NCBI GenBank assembly: GCA_045121435.1
Contig: JBGVFY010000065.1
Coordinates: 2,953 to 66,952, forward strand
DNA from: Paludibacteraceae bacterium
Lineage (GTDB): Bacteria > Bacteroidota > Bacteroidia > Bacteroidales > Paludibacteraceae
DNA: 64,000 nt
Reading direction: 5' to 3'
Part shown: one piece after another, positions 44,468 to 53,418 of the stretch
Layout of the letters: every line of letters starts with the position of its first letter
Numbering within the stretch: the stretch's first letter is position 1
The notes under the pieces: generated by a model
Seen by the model: only the letters and a program-made list of their open reading frames with translations
Told to the model about the DNA's origin: nothing
Database searches by the model: none
Translations under genes and position numbers: made by a program

Positions 44468-44971
44468 TTAGTTTTCACCCTTCAGTTTATCTTCTTCAAA
44501 TTTTATCTCATTTTTGAGATATGCCTTTGAAATGAAGAAGGTTAATAGCAACGCAATTCCAACTCCACCTATTACACCACCAAATATCAAAAATGTAGCA
44601 GCCACAGGAGTCTTTGAATCAAGATGAGCATACAATGCCACGCCCAGCAACGCTACACCAACAAGGGTACATATACACCCCCATCTTAAATTACTAAGAA
44701 GCCATTTTTTGGTACTTAAATTACTAAGGGGCCATTTTGGGGTACTTACATTTTTTTTAGGCTCTTGTAACGCTTCTGCCATCGCCTTAAAATCCAAGTT
44801 GCTGATATCGCCTTTCTCAATCATTTTTGACATAAGTTCTGCTTGTCGTTCTATTTTGTAACGACGGTTCTTTAATTGATGAATAACACCAGCTAAAACC
44901 AATGATGGGATAACACCAAAAATCAATACTAATGCAAGTAATGAATCTAAATCAATACGATAAAATTCCAT
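44468..44971 (-). CDS. membrane protein with internal 10-aa tandem duplication
   Basis: The 167-aa ORF has TM helices. A 30-nt tandem repeat at 44685-44744 encodes STPKWPLSNL/STKKWLLSNL. Confidence 0.6.
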   Translation of the reverse strand: MEFYRIDLDSLLALVLIFGVIPSLVLAGVIHQLKNRRYKIERQAELMSKMIEKGDISNLDFKAMAEALQEPKKNVSTPKWPLSNLSTKKWLLSNLRWGCICTLVGVALLGVALYAHLDSKTPVAATFLIFGGVIGGVGIALLLTFFISKAYLKNEIKFEEDKLKGEN

Positions 44972-45133
44972 AATTTTTTCTTTTATTAGTTAGACATTTT
45001 TTTCGTTCGCTTCGTTGCGACTTCACCCATTAGACAATTCAACCGCACAAAATATTACACGCTATTGCATTTTTTTGCAAAAATAGGTTTTAGGGAAGGT
45101 ATAAACTATGAGTGATAAGTGATAAACTCAAGT

Positions 45134-46441
45134 TTACTCCTCGCGGATATTCAAGTCGCGGGCGTGGGAGATTTCGGTGGAGATTTCGCCTGTCCAACCA
45201 CATTGTTGGAAGACACCCGTATAGACGCGCACGAAGTCCACACAAGGCAAATGGATAGGCTCGCCTTCATCCGTAACTGCCCAATCAATATCAAACGAAC
45301 AGCGAGCAGTACTATCATTCGGATGGCAGTCGGCATAGCCGTACTCAAAGGGCTGTTGTACCCAGTATGCGCCTTTCCCGTTGGGATCGTAAGCATTATC
45401 GGGCAGGCGTGAACCAACAAAAGTGAGCGTGGAATCCTTTAGCCATTGAGGGAAATACTCTTGCGTATGGAAGGTGTTTTTATGCAGATACCCTGATTGA
45501 TTTTGATTGTCTTTCCAACGGATATAAGTAGAGTCGGTCAAGGAGTTTTTCTTATCGGGTTGTGGCGTATGGTTGGCTGATGTGCGATAGTAGGTGAGGG
45601 AGTATTGGTGTTGCGTGGATGGTGTAGCGTACTCGCTACCAGCGAGTTGGTAGAAAGGATCGTCGGGAAGCCCGTTCTGATTGATGTCGATACTGACCAT
45701 CACGATACCTGGTTCGCTACTGCCACCTTTGCTGGTAGCAGAGGCATAAAAAGAGTTGCCTTCGATGAGGAAGTCGGATTGGTTTTGGGTATTGACCACA
45801 GAGTGGTCGAAAGCAAAAGTGACATACCCACCCCATGCACCAAGCGAGATAAGAGTGCGGTTGGTACCAGCAATGGATTCTTCCACTTTTTGCAGCATCG
45901 TAGCATAGGTATCACCCTCTTCATACTGCGGCATAGTATTGACAAACTGCCCAGGGGCAGGATTGTACTCCAGCACCTTCGAAATATATGGCGAATAGGC
46001 GACTTGTTCCTCCCAAACTACTACCTTGCATAGGTGAGTGATAGGGTTTTGTTGGTCAATGATGTTCAGTCGAAGGAAGTATGTGCCTGTGTCCTTTTGG
46101 CAAAAGATAAGATCTCTTTCTGTGGAAAGTAATCTCTCGCCTTCTCGCCTCATCGCCTTAGCGGGGTCCCCGAAAACTCTTGCGTTTTGGGGTGCTCTTT
46201 CGCCTTTCGCCTCACATATCCACCACTCGTAGGTGTCACCCTCGTACTCAGGATGGAGGATGAGGGTGCGCATGCGCTCAACGGTATAGGTGTCGTCTAT
46301 ACCGAGATTGACCATGGGTATGTCGGGTTGCACACAACTAACGATAAACAAAGCACATATGAGCAGGGATATCACCCGTTCGCACAGACCATTTGCGTTT
46401 ACCCTCGCGCGAGTAGCAATGTAGTTGACCACTTGAAACAT
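45134..46441 (-). CDS. surface lipoprotein: 1 Ig-like domain + conserved C-terminal domain (paralogue of 40271..42028)
   Basis: The lipobox is LLICALFIVSC. The sequence includes LEYNPAPGQFVNT...SLGAWGGYVTFAFDHS...SSEPGIVMVSIDINQNGLPDDPFYQLAGSE. The start is uncertain (ATG 46441/46453/46528 or an internal GTG), and it overlaps the upstream gene. Confidence 0.75.
   Translation of the reverse strand: MFQVVNYIATRARVNANGLCERVISLLICALFIVSCVQPDIPMVNLGIDDTYTVERMRTLILHPEYEGDTYEWWICEAKGERAPQNARVFGDPAKAMRREGERLLSTERDLIFCQKDTGTYFLRLNIIDQQNPITHLCKVVVWEEQVAYSPYISKVLEYNPAPGQFVNTMPQYEEGDTYATMLQKVEESIAGTNRTLISLGAWGGYVTFAFDHSVVNTQNQSDFLIEGNSFYASATSKGGSSEPGIVMVSIDINQNGLPDDPFYQLAGSEYATPSTQHQYSLTYYRTSANHTPQPDKKNSLTDSTYIRWKDNQNQSGYLHKNTFHTQEYFPQWLKDSTLTFVGSRLPDNAYDPNGKGAYWVQQPFEYGYADCHPNDSTARCSFDIDWAVTDEGEPIHLPCVDFVRVYTGVFQQCGWTGEISTEISHARDLNIREE
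46163..46192. repeat. GC-rich hairpin element (family R6 variant) embedded in-frame in a CDS
   Basis: ggggtccccgaaaactcttgcgttttgggg is flanked by gc.. and ..tgctctt, as in the 58471 copy. Confidence 0.7.
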
Positions 46442-47555
46442 AGTTTTTAGCATCTGTAATATATATATCGCCGTTATAAGGATTGACTTGAATGCCGTAT
46501 GGAATCTTGATGTTTTGCTCGGTTCCATCGGTGATGAAAGATTGGGTATTGGTTATTGAATATTGGATATTGAAAACTCCATAGGTGATTTGATTGGACA
46601 TTGTTTCATCGTTCCAATGCGCTCCGTAGAAGTACATGGAGTCGTTTATAATCACCATTTCGGATGGTGATATATGGTGTAGAGTGTAAGGTGTAGGGTG
46701 TAAAGGCAGGAAGCACACCAGTTGTGGTTGGACATCTTTGTGGTCGCCGCGAGAGGTAATCCAAAGGCGGTCGTATGGGTCTTTGCGTACACGGTGAGGA
46801 TTGACACACACAGGTATCTTCTTTACTTGTCGGAAATCTGTTAAATCCACGACCGAAAGTGTAGAGTCATAGTCGGGTGCGCGGTAGCCACCTGAGTTAG
46901 CGACATAGAGGTAATTGCCAATAATCTCAAACTCCTCGGGTTGGTAGCCCACTGTTACTTGGCGAGTTACACGAAGTGTGGCAGTATCGACCTCGAAGAT
47001 GGCACCTAGTTGGGCATTAGGGTCAATGCTCACGGGACCGACATACGAACTGATATACGCCTTATCTCTGTGAAAACGAATGTAACGGCAATTAGGGATA
47101 TCTATCTGCCCAATGCGACGGCAAGTGTACAAGTCCATTACTTCGACTTTGTGCGAGCAGTTGATGACTACATAAAGTCGGTTGCCATATATCTGAATAT
47201 CATTGCCTACATCGCCTAACTCCTTTATCACATTCGGATTGCGCTCGCCATAGATATTGCGGATATAACAACCGTTGCAGAAATCAAGGTAATCAATAGT
47301 AGCTTTGTTGCTACCCATATTCCCCTCATTGAGTAGATACATACCAATGGGTTCGTTGGATGCAAAACTGCTCAATTCTCTCGATTCCATCGGCAAAACT
47401 TCATACTCCGCAGGGAAGATAATCTCATCGCCACGGCAGGAGGTGAGCAGCAAGATGGCAGTGACTATTATGCATAGCAACAAACTACGCTTGATAGTTT
47501 TATCAAGCATATACGCGTTGGCGTACCTACAATCATATGGAAAACTACTTGTCAT
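46338..47555 (-). CDS. YncE/DUF5074-like beta-propeller lipoprotein
   Basis: The lipobox is LLLTSC, and the sequence includes MYLLNEGNMGSNKATIDYLD. An alternative start is ATG 47510 (MLDKTIKR...). Confidence 0.75.
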   Translation of the reverse strand: MTSSFPYDCRYANAYMLDKTIKRSLLLCIIVTAILLLTSCRGDEIIFPAEYEVLPMESRELSSFASNEPIGMYLLNEGNMGSNKATIDYLDFCNGCYIRNIYGERNPNVIKELGDVGNDIQIYGNRLYVVINCSHKVEVMDLYTCRRIGQIDIPNCRYIRFHRDKAYISSYVGPVSIDPNAQLGAIFEVDTATLRVTRQVTVGYQPEEFEIIGNYLYVANSGGYRAPDYDSTLSVVDLTDFRQVKKIPVCVNPHRVRKDPYDRLWITSRGDHKDVQPQLVCFLPLHPTPYTLHHISPSEMVIINDSMYFYGAHWNDETMSNQITYGVFNIQYSITNTQSFITDGTEQNIKIPYGIQVNPYNGDIYITDAKNYVSSGQLHCYSREGKRKWSVRTGDIPAHMCFVYR

Positions 47556-47559
47556 GTCT

Positions 47560-47800
47560 AAGCCCTATTCCTCGAGAGCGTTCAACTTCGGGGTCCCCGA
47601 CGAGCCTCGTGGGCGAGTGGGGATGCCCTTATGCATGCAGCAGGTCTTCTGACTTATTGCTCGTTTGCTTAGCCTTCCCAGCTTGTCAGTTGATAGTTGA
47701 CAATTGACAGTTAGCCAGTGACTTAGATACGAAGCAAACGATTTTGCAAATCACAGCAGCGGGTCTGTGCAGGAATCTCACCTACTTCCCTAAAAAACTG
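47560..47800 (-). promoter_or_regulatory. cobalamin (B12) riboswitch 2
   Basis: UAGGGAAGUAGGUGAGAUUCCUGCACAGACCCGCUGCUGUGA, with the B12 box at 47637-47654. It contains the 33-nt R6 insert at 47590-47622. Confidence 0.85.
47590..47622. repeat. GC-rich hairpin element R6
   Basis: ggggtccccgacgagcctcgtgggcgagtgggg is identical to 58471-58503. Confidence 0.9.
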
Positions 47801-47810
47801 AATGCGGGTG

Positions 47811-47818
47811 CAAAGGTA
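47811..47818 (-). promoter_or_regulatory. -7 box TACCTTTG (riboswitch 2) with an R5 copy at 47836-47867 supplying the -33 region
   Basis: caaaggta is followed by ttccaaatttatagcaatgtttttggattata. Confidence 0.6.
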
Positions 47819-47880
47819 GTACTTTTTTTTCTATTTTCCAAATTTATAGCAATGTTTTTGGATTATATCTTTATTTCCTC

Positions 47881-47982
47881 ACAAGTTCCCTGCAAATTAG
47901 GCGACCACCATAGGAGATCTCTAGGACTTCTATGGGCTTTCTGTGGCTCTTATGTTTCAAATATTTGTGCCTCTATAATGAT
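47881..47982. repeat. repeat family R1, copy c
   Basis: ccctgcaaattaggcgaccaccataggagatctctaggacttctatgggctttctgtggctcttatg..ctctataatg. Confidence 0.85.
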
Positions 47983-48228
47983 GTTGCAAAAAGTAGCGGC
48001 AATGGTGAATAAAGTTGCCGCCGATTTGCGTTTTAGGGCTTGTAAAGTCCGATGGTTACTAATAAAATATTTTTTGCTATTGCCGCTAGTTCTGCCGCTA
48101 TTTTCTGTGTGCCTCTATATAACATAGTAATGCCGTATCTTCGGCATTTTGGTAGTTTTGCGCCGAAGATTGGGGATTTAAAAGAAAAATAGGTGCGAAT
48201 GACATGCGGAAGTTGCTGTATTATAATA

Positions 48229-48293
48229 ACTTCCGCGTGAGTGTATTTTTTTTTGAAAAAAGTTTTCGCGTGCCGAAGGTTGCGCCGAAGGTA
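48229..48293. repeat. repeat family R3, copy b
   Basis: acttccgcgtgagtgtattttttttt..gttttcgcgtgccgaaggttgcgccgaaggta. Confidence 0.85.
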
Positions 48294-48332
48294 TTATCTC
48301 GTGTATATGTTCATTACATTACGCGAACTATA

Positions 48333-48821
48333 TCAGTTAATAAAGTATTCATATTTTGTTTGTTGCTCAGCAAAATCGTAACTAAGCCATAAAGATGTTT
48401 TTCCTATCATCCAAAAACAATAGTTACCATATTCAGTAATATCATGGTATCTTACACTCCCATATATGCCTTCGTATGCATGCTGGATGGCTTTAAAATC
48501 AGTTTCCGACATATCAAGAGTGTAAGAGAATTGTTTGATTTTTTCTTTTTCTAATTCAATATCGATATAGATAGAATCGACTTTTACACTATCTTCATTT
48601 AGATCTATTACCTCTGTAGAATAGGCTTTTATTGAAATTTTACTTTCAGAAAGATGCTGAATCGTATCAATGTTGATTGGACATTTCCATGGCTCTTTAT
48701 CCAAATCTTTTAAGAACTGTTCAAAAGTACCATCAATATAAACGCCAAATACTTGTGGGCGTTGCTGGCATGAAGTAAAAAGTGCAAATACTGATACGGC
48801 AAGAATAATTAGTTTTTTCAT
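48333..48821 (-). CDS. lipoprotein of unknown function
   Basis: The 162-aa ORF has lipobox FALFTSC and is AT-rich. Confidence 0.65.
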   Translation of the reverse strand: MKKLIILAVSVFALFTSCQQRPQVFGVYIDGTFEQFLKDLDKEPWKCPINIDTIQHLSESKISIKAYSTEVIDLNEDSVKVDSIYIDIELEKEKIKQFSYTLDMSETDFKAIQHAYEGIYGSVRYHDITEYGNYCFWMIGKTSLWLSYDFAEQQTKYEYFIN

Positions 48822-48936
48822 TGTTTTGAGAGAGAATTAGAGGGAAGTTTTACCTCCATTTTGCGACCTCGTACAAGTATGCAGGCGTGAGGTGAATGTA
48901 TCAAATTAGCAATATAGAGAGTCGTAATATAAATGC

Positions 48937-51900
48937 TTAGAATAAAAGTTCTAAATCATCTAAGGTTTGCTCCCAAGTATCATCGAATAGTGTATCAATA
49001 TCTTCATCATAACAAGCATATAACATAATATGCCCTCGGGTACTTGAATCTAGCGATTTACACCCGTGGAAAGTTCCATTCCCTATGTTAAAGAAGACGG
49101 GTTCAGAATATCCAATGTCATCAAGTAATACCTCTTCAAATTCAATATGCTTAAGTCCTGAACAGCCATAGAATGCGTCGTAACCAATCTCCCCTACGCT
49201 ACTTGGCATATCAACTGTTCGTAAAGATGTACAATTCCTAAATGCACCAGGACTAATACTTTCTGTACCCTCTTTTATAGTGATGTTTGTATTGCTATTT
49301 CCTTTATTTTTATACAAAATATGATTAATATAAATAATATTATTCTGCTGTTCCTCATACCAAAGAGTCTTAAAGAAGGCGTCTTCATCAATAAATATCA
49401 CGCTTGTAGGAATTTCAATTGTAGATAATGCAGAACATCCCGAGAAAGCTTCACGCCCGATATGTGTTACAGAATTAGGAATAACAACTGAATGCACAAA
49501 TGTACATCCTTTAAATGCTTTATTAGCAATCAATGTAATACCATTAGGTATTTTAACATTTGTAACGTTACCTTGATACTTCAAAAGCTCGTTATCACAT
49601 ATTAATAATCCATCAACTTCTTTATCTGCGATACGAGCCCCCCAATAATCAGAAGATATACAACTACTTTTATTTATAAAATGTTCTCTGGGTACAACAA
49701 GATCACAAAATGCATCCTTATTTATACCCGCGACAGTTTCAGGGATTATAATTGTTGTGATGCCTTTTCTATATGTAATAATTGTATTCTTTTTTATGAG
49801 TAAGCCATTAATATCTTCATCTATAATTGTAGCTCCCCAATACCTATTTTTAGACTCAATTAATTTGCTACTATTTACAAAGTTGTTTTTTTCGAAATAA
49901 CAACCTGCAAATGCAGACATTTCAATATGTTTGATACTTTTAGGTATGGATATTGATATTAGTTTGGAACAAGATAAAAAAGCATGGATTTCTATACCAA
50001 CAACCATCAATAAAATACCCCCATAATAAACTTTTTCAGGAATAGAAATATTTGTTAGTCCCTTATAATCTTCGGAATAAATAACACTAACAGAATGAGT
50101 ATCTATCATCTTGTATGAGAGATTATCATCTTTAAATTCAATTGATTTTATTTCGAGATTATGACTTTCATATTTACTTGTATATTTCTCAACCAAATCG
50201 TTAGGAACATACATTGTAATATTCTGTTTTACAGAATCAAGCCCCTCTATGTACAAGTTTTCAGACAGACAAACAATTCTATCAAGTTGAGAACATCCCT
50301 CAATACTAATGCTACAGCATTTACTAGGAATAGTTATTGCATGTAATGCAGAGCAACCGATTATTGCTTTTCTATCAATTGATTTAAGTTCTTGAGTATA
50401 TATAGAAACTAAATTAGAACAATCTTTGAATGCTTCTTCTTCAATAGAAGTAATATGTGGAATGTTTATCTCTTGCAGTTTAGTACATCCTAAAAATGTT
50501 CTCTCGTCTATTTTAGAAACATTCTTAGGTATTTTTATTGTGCGTAATTTCAAACAACATGAAAATGCATTATGCTCTATAGATTGTATACTGTTAGGAA
50601 TTTTAGTGTTATTACAACCCCTTATCAGCCTATTGCTCCTAGTATGAATGATTGCATTGCAGTTTTCGCGAGAATCATAAGTTTTATTGTCTGCGTGAAC
50701 AGACATAAAAGATAAATTTGTACAACTTTCAAATGCACAATCTCCTATTGATGACACATTAGAAGGTATATTGATTGATGTGAGAGATGTACATCCTTCA
50801 AAAGCACCTTTACCGATGCTTACAATACTTTCGGGAAGCGTAATTGATTGGAGATTTTTGCAATTGTGAAACGCAGAATCACCAATATGTTTAATACCAT
50901 CATGTAGAGTGATGGATGTTAAAGAGATGCAATCTTCAAAAGCTTTCTTGCCAATACTATTTATATTATTTGGAATGACAATAGAAGTGAGATTTACACA
51001 CTGTTGAAAGGTTGAGTCCTCTATGATTTTTGTTGTATGATTTAGGGAAACTGATTCTAAAAAATAACATTCACAAAATGCAGATTCGCCTATATGAGTA
51101 ACGCTATCTGGTATATTAATACTTGTAAGATTACACCGCGCAAAAGCCCATTCTTCTATTTCGGTTACATTTGGAGGAATTATAATGGAGGTTAATGAAG
51201 AATCTACAAAAGCTAATTGCTTTATGATTTTTACATCGTTGGGGATAATTGTATTTTTACACCCTATAATTAAGTTATTAGATGTCGTTTCAATCATCGC
51301 ATTGCAATTATTGCGACTATCATATTGTGTTTTTTGCGCTGCAATTTTAATTTCTGCAAGATTGTTTCCGCATGAAAAAGCGTATTTTCCAATGACTTTT
51401 ACACTTTTAGGAATAATAATTGATTGAAGATTACAACCGCAGAATGCTCTTTCCCCTATTTCAGCCACACTTATTGGTATATTAATACTAGTAAGATTCT
51501 CGCAATTTTCAAAAGCACAATCACCAATCTTAATGATGGTATCTGGTAAAGTTATTGACTCAAGGTTTTGACAATTTTCAAATGCGTTGCTATCAATTTC
51601 CGTTACTTTGAATACTATGTTGTTATATTTTACTATTTGGGGAATATTAATATGCGTACATTTTTTATAAGCATCTTGGGAATGGCGATTGATATCTACA
51701 TTCGAAAAAACTTTAACGGTGTAAAGTCCTGTTATTATATAATGGATGTCATCAATAACAAAGCAAATATCATTTATTTGAAAATCATAAAATGAAAAAG
51801 AATGTTGAGGAAATATCCTTCTCAACTGATATTCAAATGAAGATTCATGCTCCATATTAATATATAAATTCATCTTATTGTCGTACTCGTTATTGTTAGG

Positions 51901-53346
51901 AAAAGAATGGTCCAATAACTCTGGTGGTGTGTTGGAAGCAAAGAAAATCGTTTTTAGATTCCCACATCCATCAAAGGCATATTTTTCTATTTTAGTAACA
52001 GTTTCGGGGATTAATATTGTATGTAGATTTTTGCAATCTTTGAACGCATATTCTTTAATAGTTCTTGTCCCGTATGGTATAATTGTATTTTGACAACCGA
52101 CAATGAGTTTATCATATTCTATTAAAGCATTGCAATTATCACGACTGTCATACCTCTGATTTTTTGCGTCAACCACTATTGATTGAAGATTCGGGCAATC
52201 ATGAAAAGTTTTGTCGGCAATGTAATGGACACTCTTTGGAATAAATATAGAAGTCAAGCTTTCTTTACAATGCAAAAATGCGAAATTGCTTATCTTGAGC
52301 ACACCATTAGGTATTCTTGTATTAGGGCAGCCTAATAATAGTGTTTGAGAAACTGTTTCAATAATGGCGTTACAATTACTACGACTATCGTATCTTGGGT
52401 TATCTGTATCTACGACTATTGAGGTTAAATTATTACATCCGCTGAAAGCACTATCTCCGATATTTTTAATGTTCTTAGAAACTCTAAGTTCTGTAATATT
52501 TGCACATATATTTGTGTCATCAAAAGCATATGGACTAATCGCTATTACATTATCATCAAATGATAGTATATCTTCTGTTAGTTCAATACCTTTTAATTTA
52601 TACACCACATTATTAATGCGTACTATTCCATCTGGTTGGTTGTCATACCAAGATGTTCCATCAAATGCATCGCCTCCAATATATATGACACTATCTGGAA
52701 TATCAACAGTGGTTAGTTGTAAACAATTATGAAAAGTTTTATCGCCTATGGTGGTTAAAGTATTTGGGAGTATTATTGCTTTGAGCGGAATAGGTGCTAG
52801 TATATAATCTGAATAATCATCATAATATCCATAGTAATCATCATCAAACGCACTTTCAGTAATAGAGATAGTCCCTTCTTTGACTGTAATAGATGTGTCA
52901 TCCTCTGGCATTTTTCCTTTGTAAGTATATAATACTTTACCGATATAAATAACTCCGTTAGGTTGATTATGATCTAACCAATATGTATTCCGAAATGCTC
53001 CTTTCCCAATATAAGCGATATTTTCCGATGAAACCAATGTGGATAAACCAGAATTAGCAAAAGCAAAATTACCAATACGAATAATGCTTTGTGGCATTAC
53101 AACAGAATAAATGTCGGCATTCGTAAACGCACCTGTTGCAATTGCAACAACGGTATAAATTTGTCCCTTGCAACAAATCTTTTCTGGGATAATAATATCA
53201 CCATAATATTCATCATAGTTCTCATCATAACAATACATCTTAAAGTAATCGTTATAATATTGTTCGTGAGGGAAAGGTGCTACAACTGTTGCTGTATGTG
53301 AGGATTTATCTAAATCGTAATATATGCCATCAATGTATTCCTTCAT
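48937..53346 (-). CDS. BspA-type leucine-rich-repeat protein (1469 aa) lacking recognisable export signals
   Basis: It contains dozens of IP.SV..IG..AF..C..L.SI units and four N.(R/T)YDSR.NCNA(I/L/M)IE segments. There is no N-terminal hydrophobic segment and no T9SS tail. Confidence 0.85.
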   Translation of the reverse strand: MKEYIDGIYYDLDKSSHTATVVAPFPHEQYYNDYFKMYCYDENYDEYYGDIIIPEKICCKGQIYTVVAIATGAFTNADIYSVVMPQSIIRIGNFAFANSGLSTLVSSENIAYIGKGAFRNTYWLDHNQPNGVIYIGKVLYTYKGKMPEDDTSITVKEGTISITESAFDDDYYGYYDDYSDYILAPIPLKAIILPNTLTTIGDKTFHNCLQLTTVDIPDSVIYIGGDAFDGTSWYDNQPDGIVRINNVVYKLKGIELTEDILSFDDNVIAISPYAFDDTNICANITELRVSKNIKNIGDSAFSGCNNLTSIVVDTDNPRYDSRSNCNAIIETVSQTLLLGCPNTRIPNGVLKISNFAFLHCKESLTSIFIPKSVHYIADKTFHDCPNLQSIVVDAKNQRYDSRDNCNALIEYDKLIVGCQNTIIPYGTRTIKEYAFKDCKNLHTILIPETVTKIEKYAFDGCGNLKTIFFASNTPPELLDHSFPNNNEYDNKMNLYINMEHESSFEYQLRRIFPQHSFSFYDFQINDICFVIDDIHYIITGLYTVKVFSNVDINRHSQDAYKKCTHINIPQIVKYNNIVFKVTEIDSNAFENCQNLESITLPDTIIKIGDCAFENCENLTSINIPISVAEIGERAFCGCNLQSIIIPKSVKVIGKYAFSCGNNLAEIKIAAQKTQYDSRNNCNAMIETTSNNLIIGCKNTIIPNDVKIIKQLAFVDSSLTSIIIPPNVTEIEEWAFARCNLTSINIPDSVTHIGESAFCECYFLESVSLNHTTKIIEDSTFQQCVNLTSIVIPNNINSIGKKAFEDCISLTSITLHDGIKHIGDSAFHNCKNLQSITLPESIVSIGKGAFEGCTSLTSINIPSNVSSIGDCAFESCTNLSFMSVHADNKTYDSRENCNAIIHTRSNRLIRGCNNTKIPNSIQSIEHNAFSCCLKLRTIKIPKNVSKIDERTFLGCTKLQEINIPHITSIEEEAFKDCSNLVSIYTQELKSIDRKAIIGCSALHAITIPSKCCSISIEGCSQLDRIVCLSENLYIEGLDSVKQNITMYVPNDLVEKYTSKYESHNLEIKSIEFKDDNLSYKMIDTHSVSVIYSEDYKGLTNISIPEKVYYGGILLMVVGIEIHAFLSCSKLISISIPKSIKHIEMSAFAGCYFEKNNFVNSSKLIESKNRYWGATIIDEDINGLLIKKNTIITYRKGITTIIIPETVAGINKDAFCDLVVPREHFINKSSCISSDYWGARIADKEVDGLLICDNELLKYQGNVTNVKIPNGITLIANKAFKGCTFVHSVVIPNSVTHIGREAFSGCSALSTIEIPTSVIFIDEDAFFKTLWYEEQQNNIIYINHILYKNKGNSNTNITIKEGTESISPGAFRNCTSLRTVDMPSSVGEIGYDAFYGCSGLKHIEFEEVLLDDIGYSEPVFFNIGNGTFHGCKSLDSSTRGHIMLYACYDEDIDTLFDDTWEQTLDDLELLF

Positions 53347-53418
53347 AGTATGTAATGCATTAAGGAGATTATATATTTATTTGTCAAAATTTTAGTAAAT
53401 ACCAGTATGGAAATAGGG

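Noticed and set aside
47744-48127. 127-aa plus-strand ORF (and 42040..42375 and 58277..58516, likewise)
   Set aside because: They overlap the cobalamin riboswitches on the opposite strand. The conservation there is explained by the RNA.
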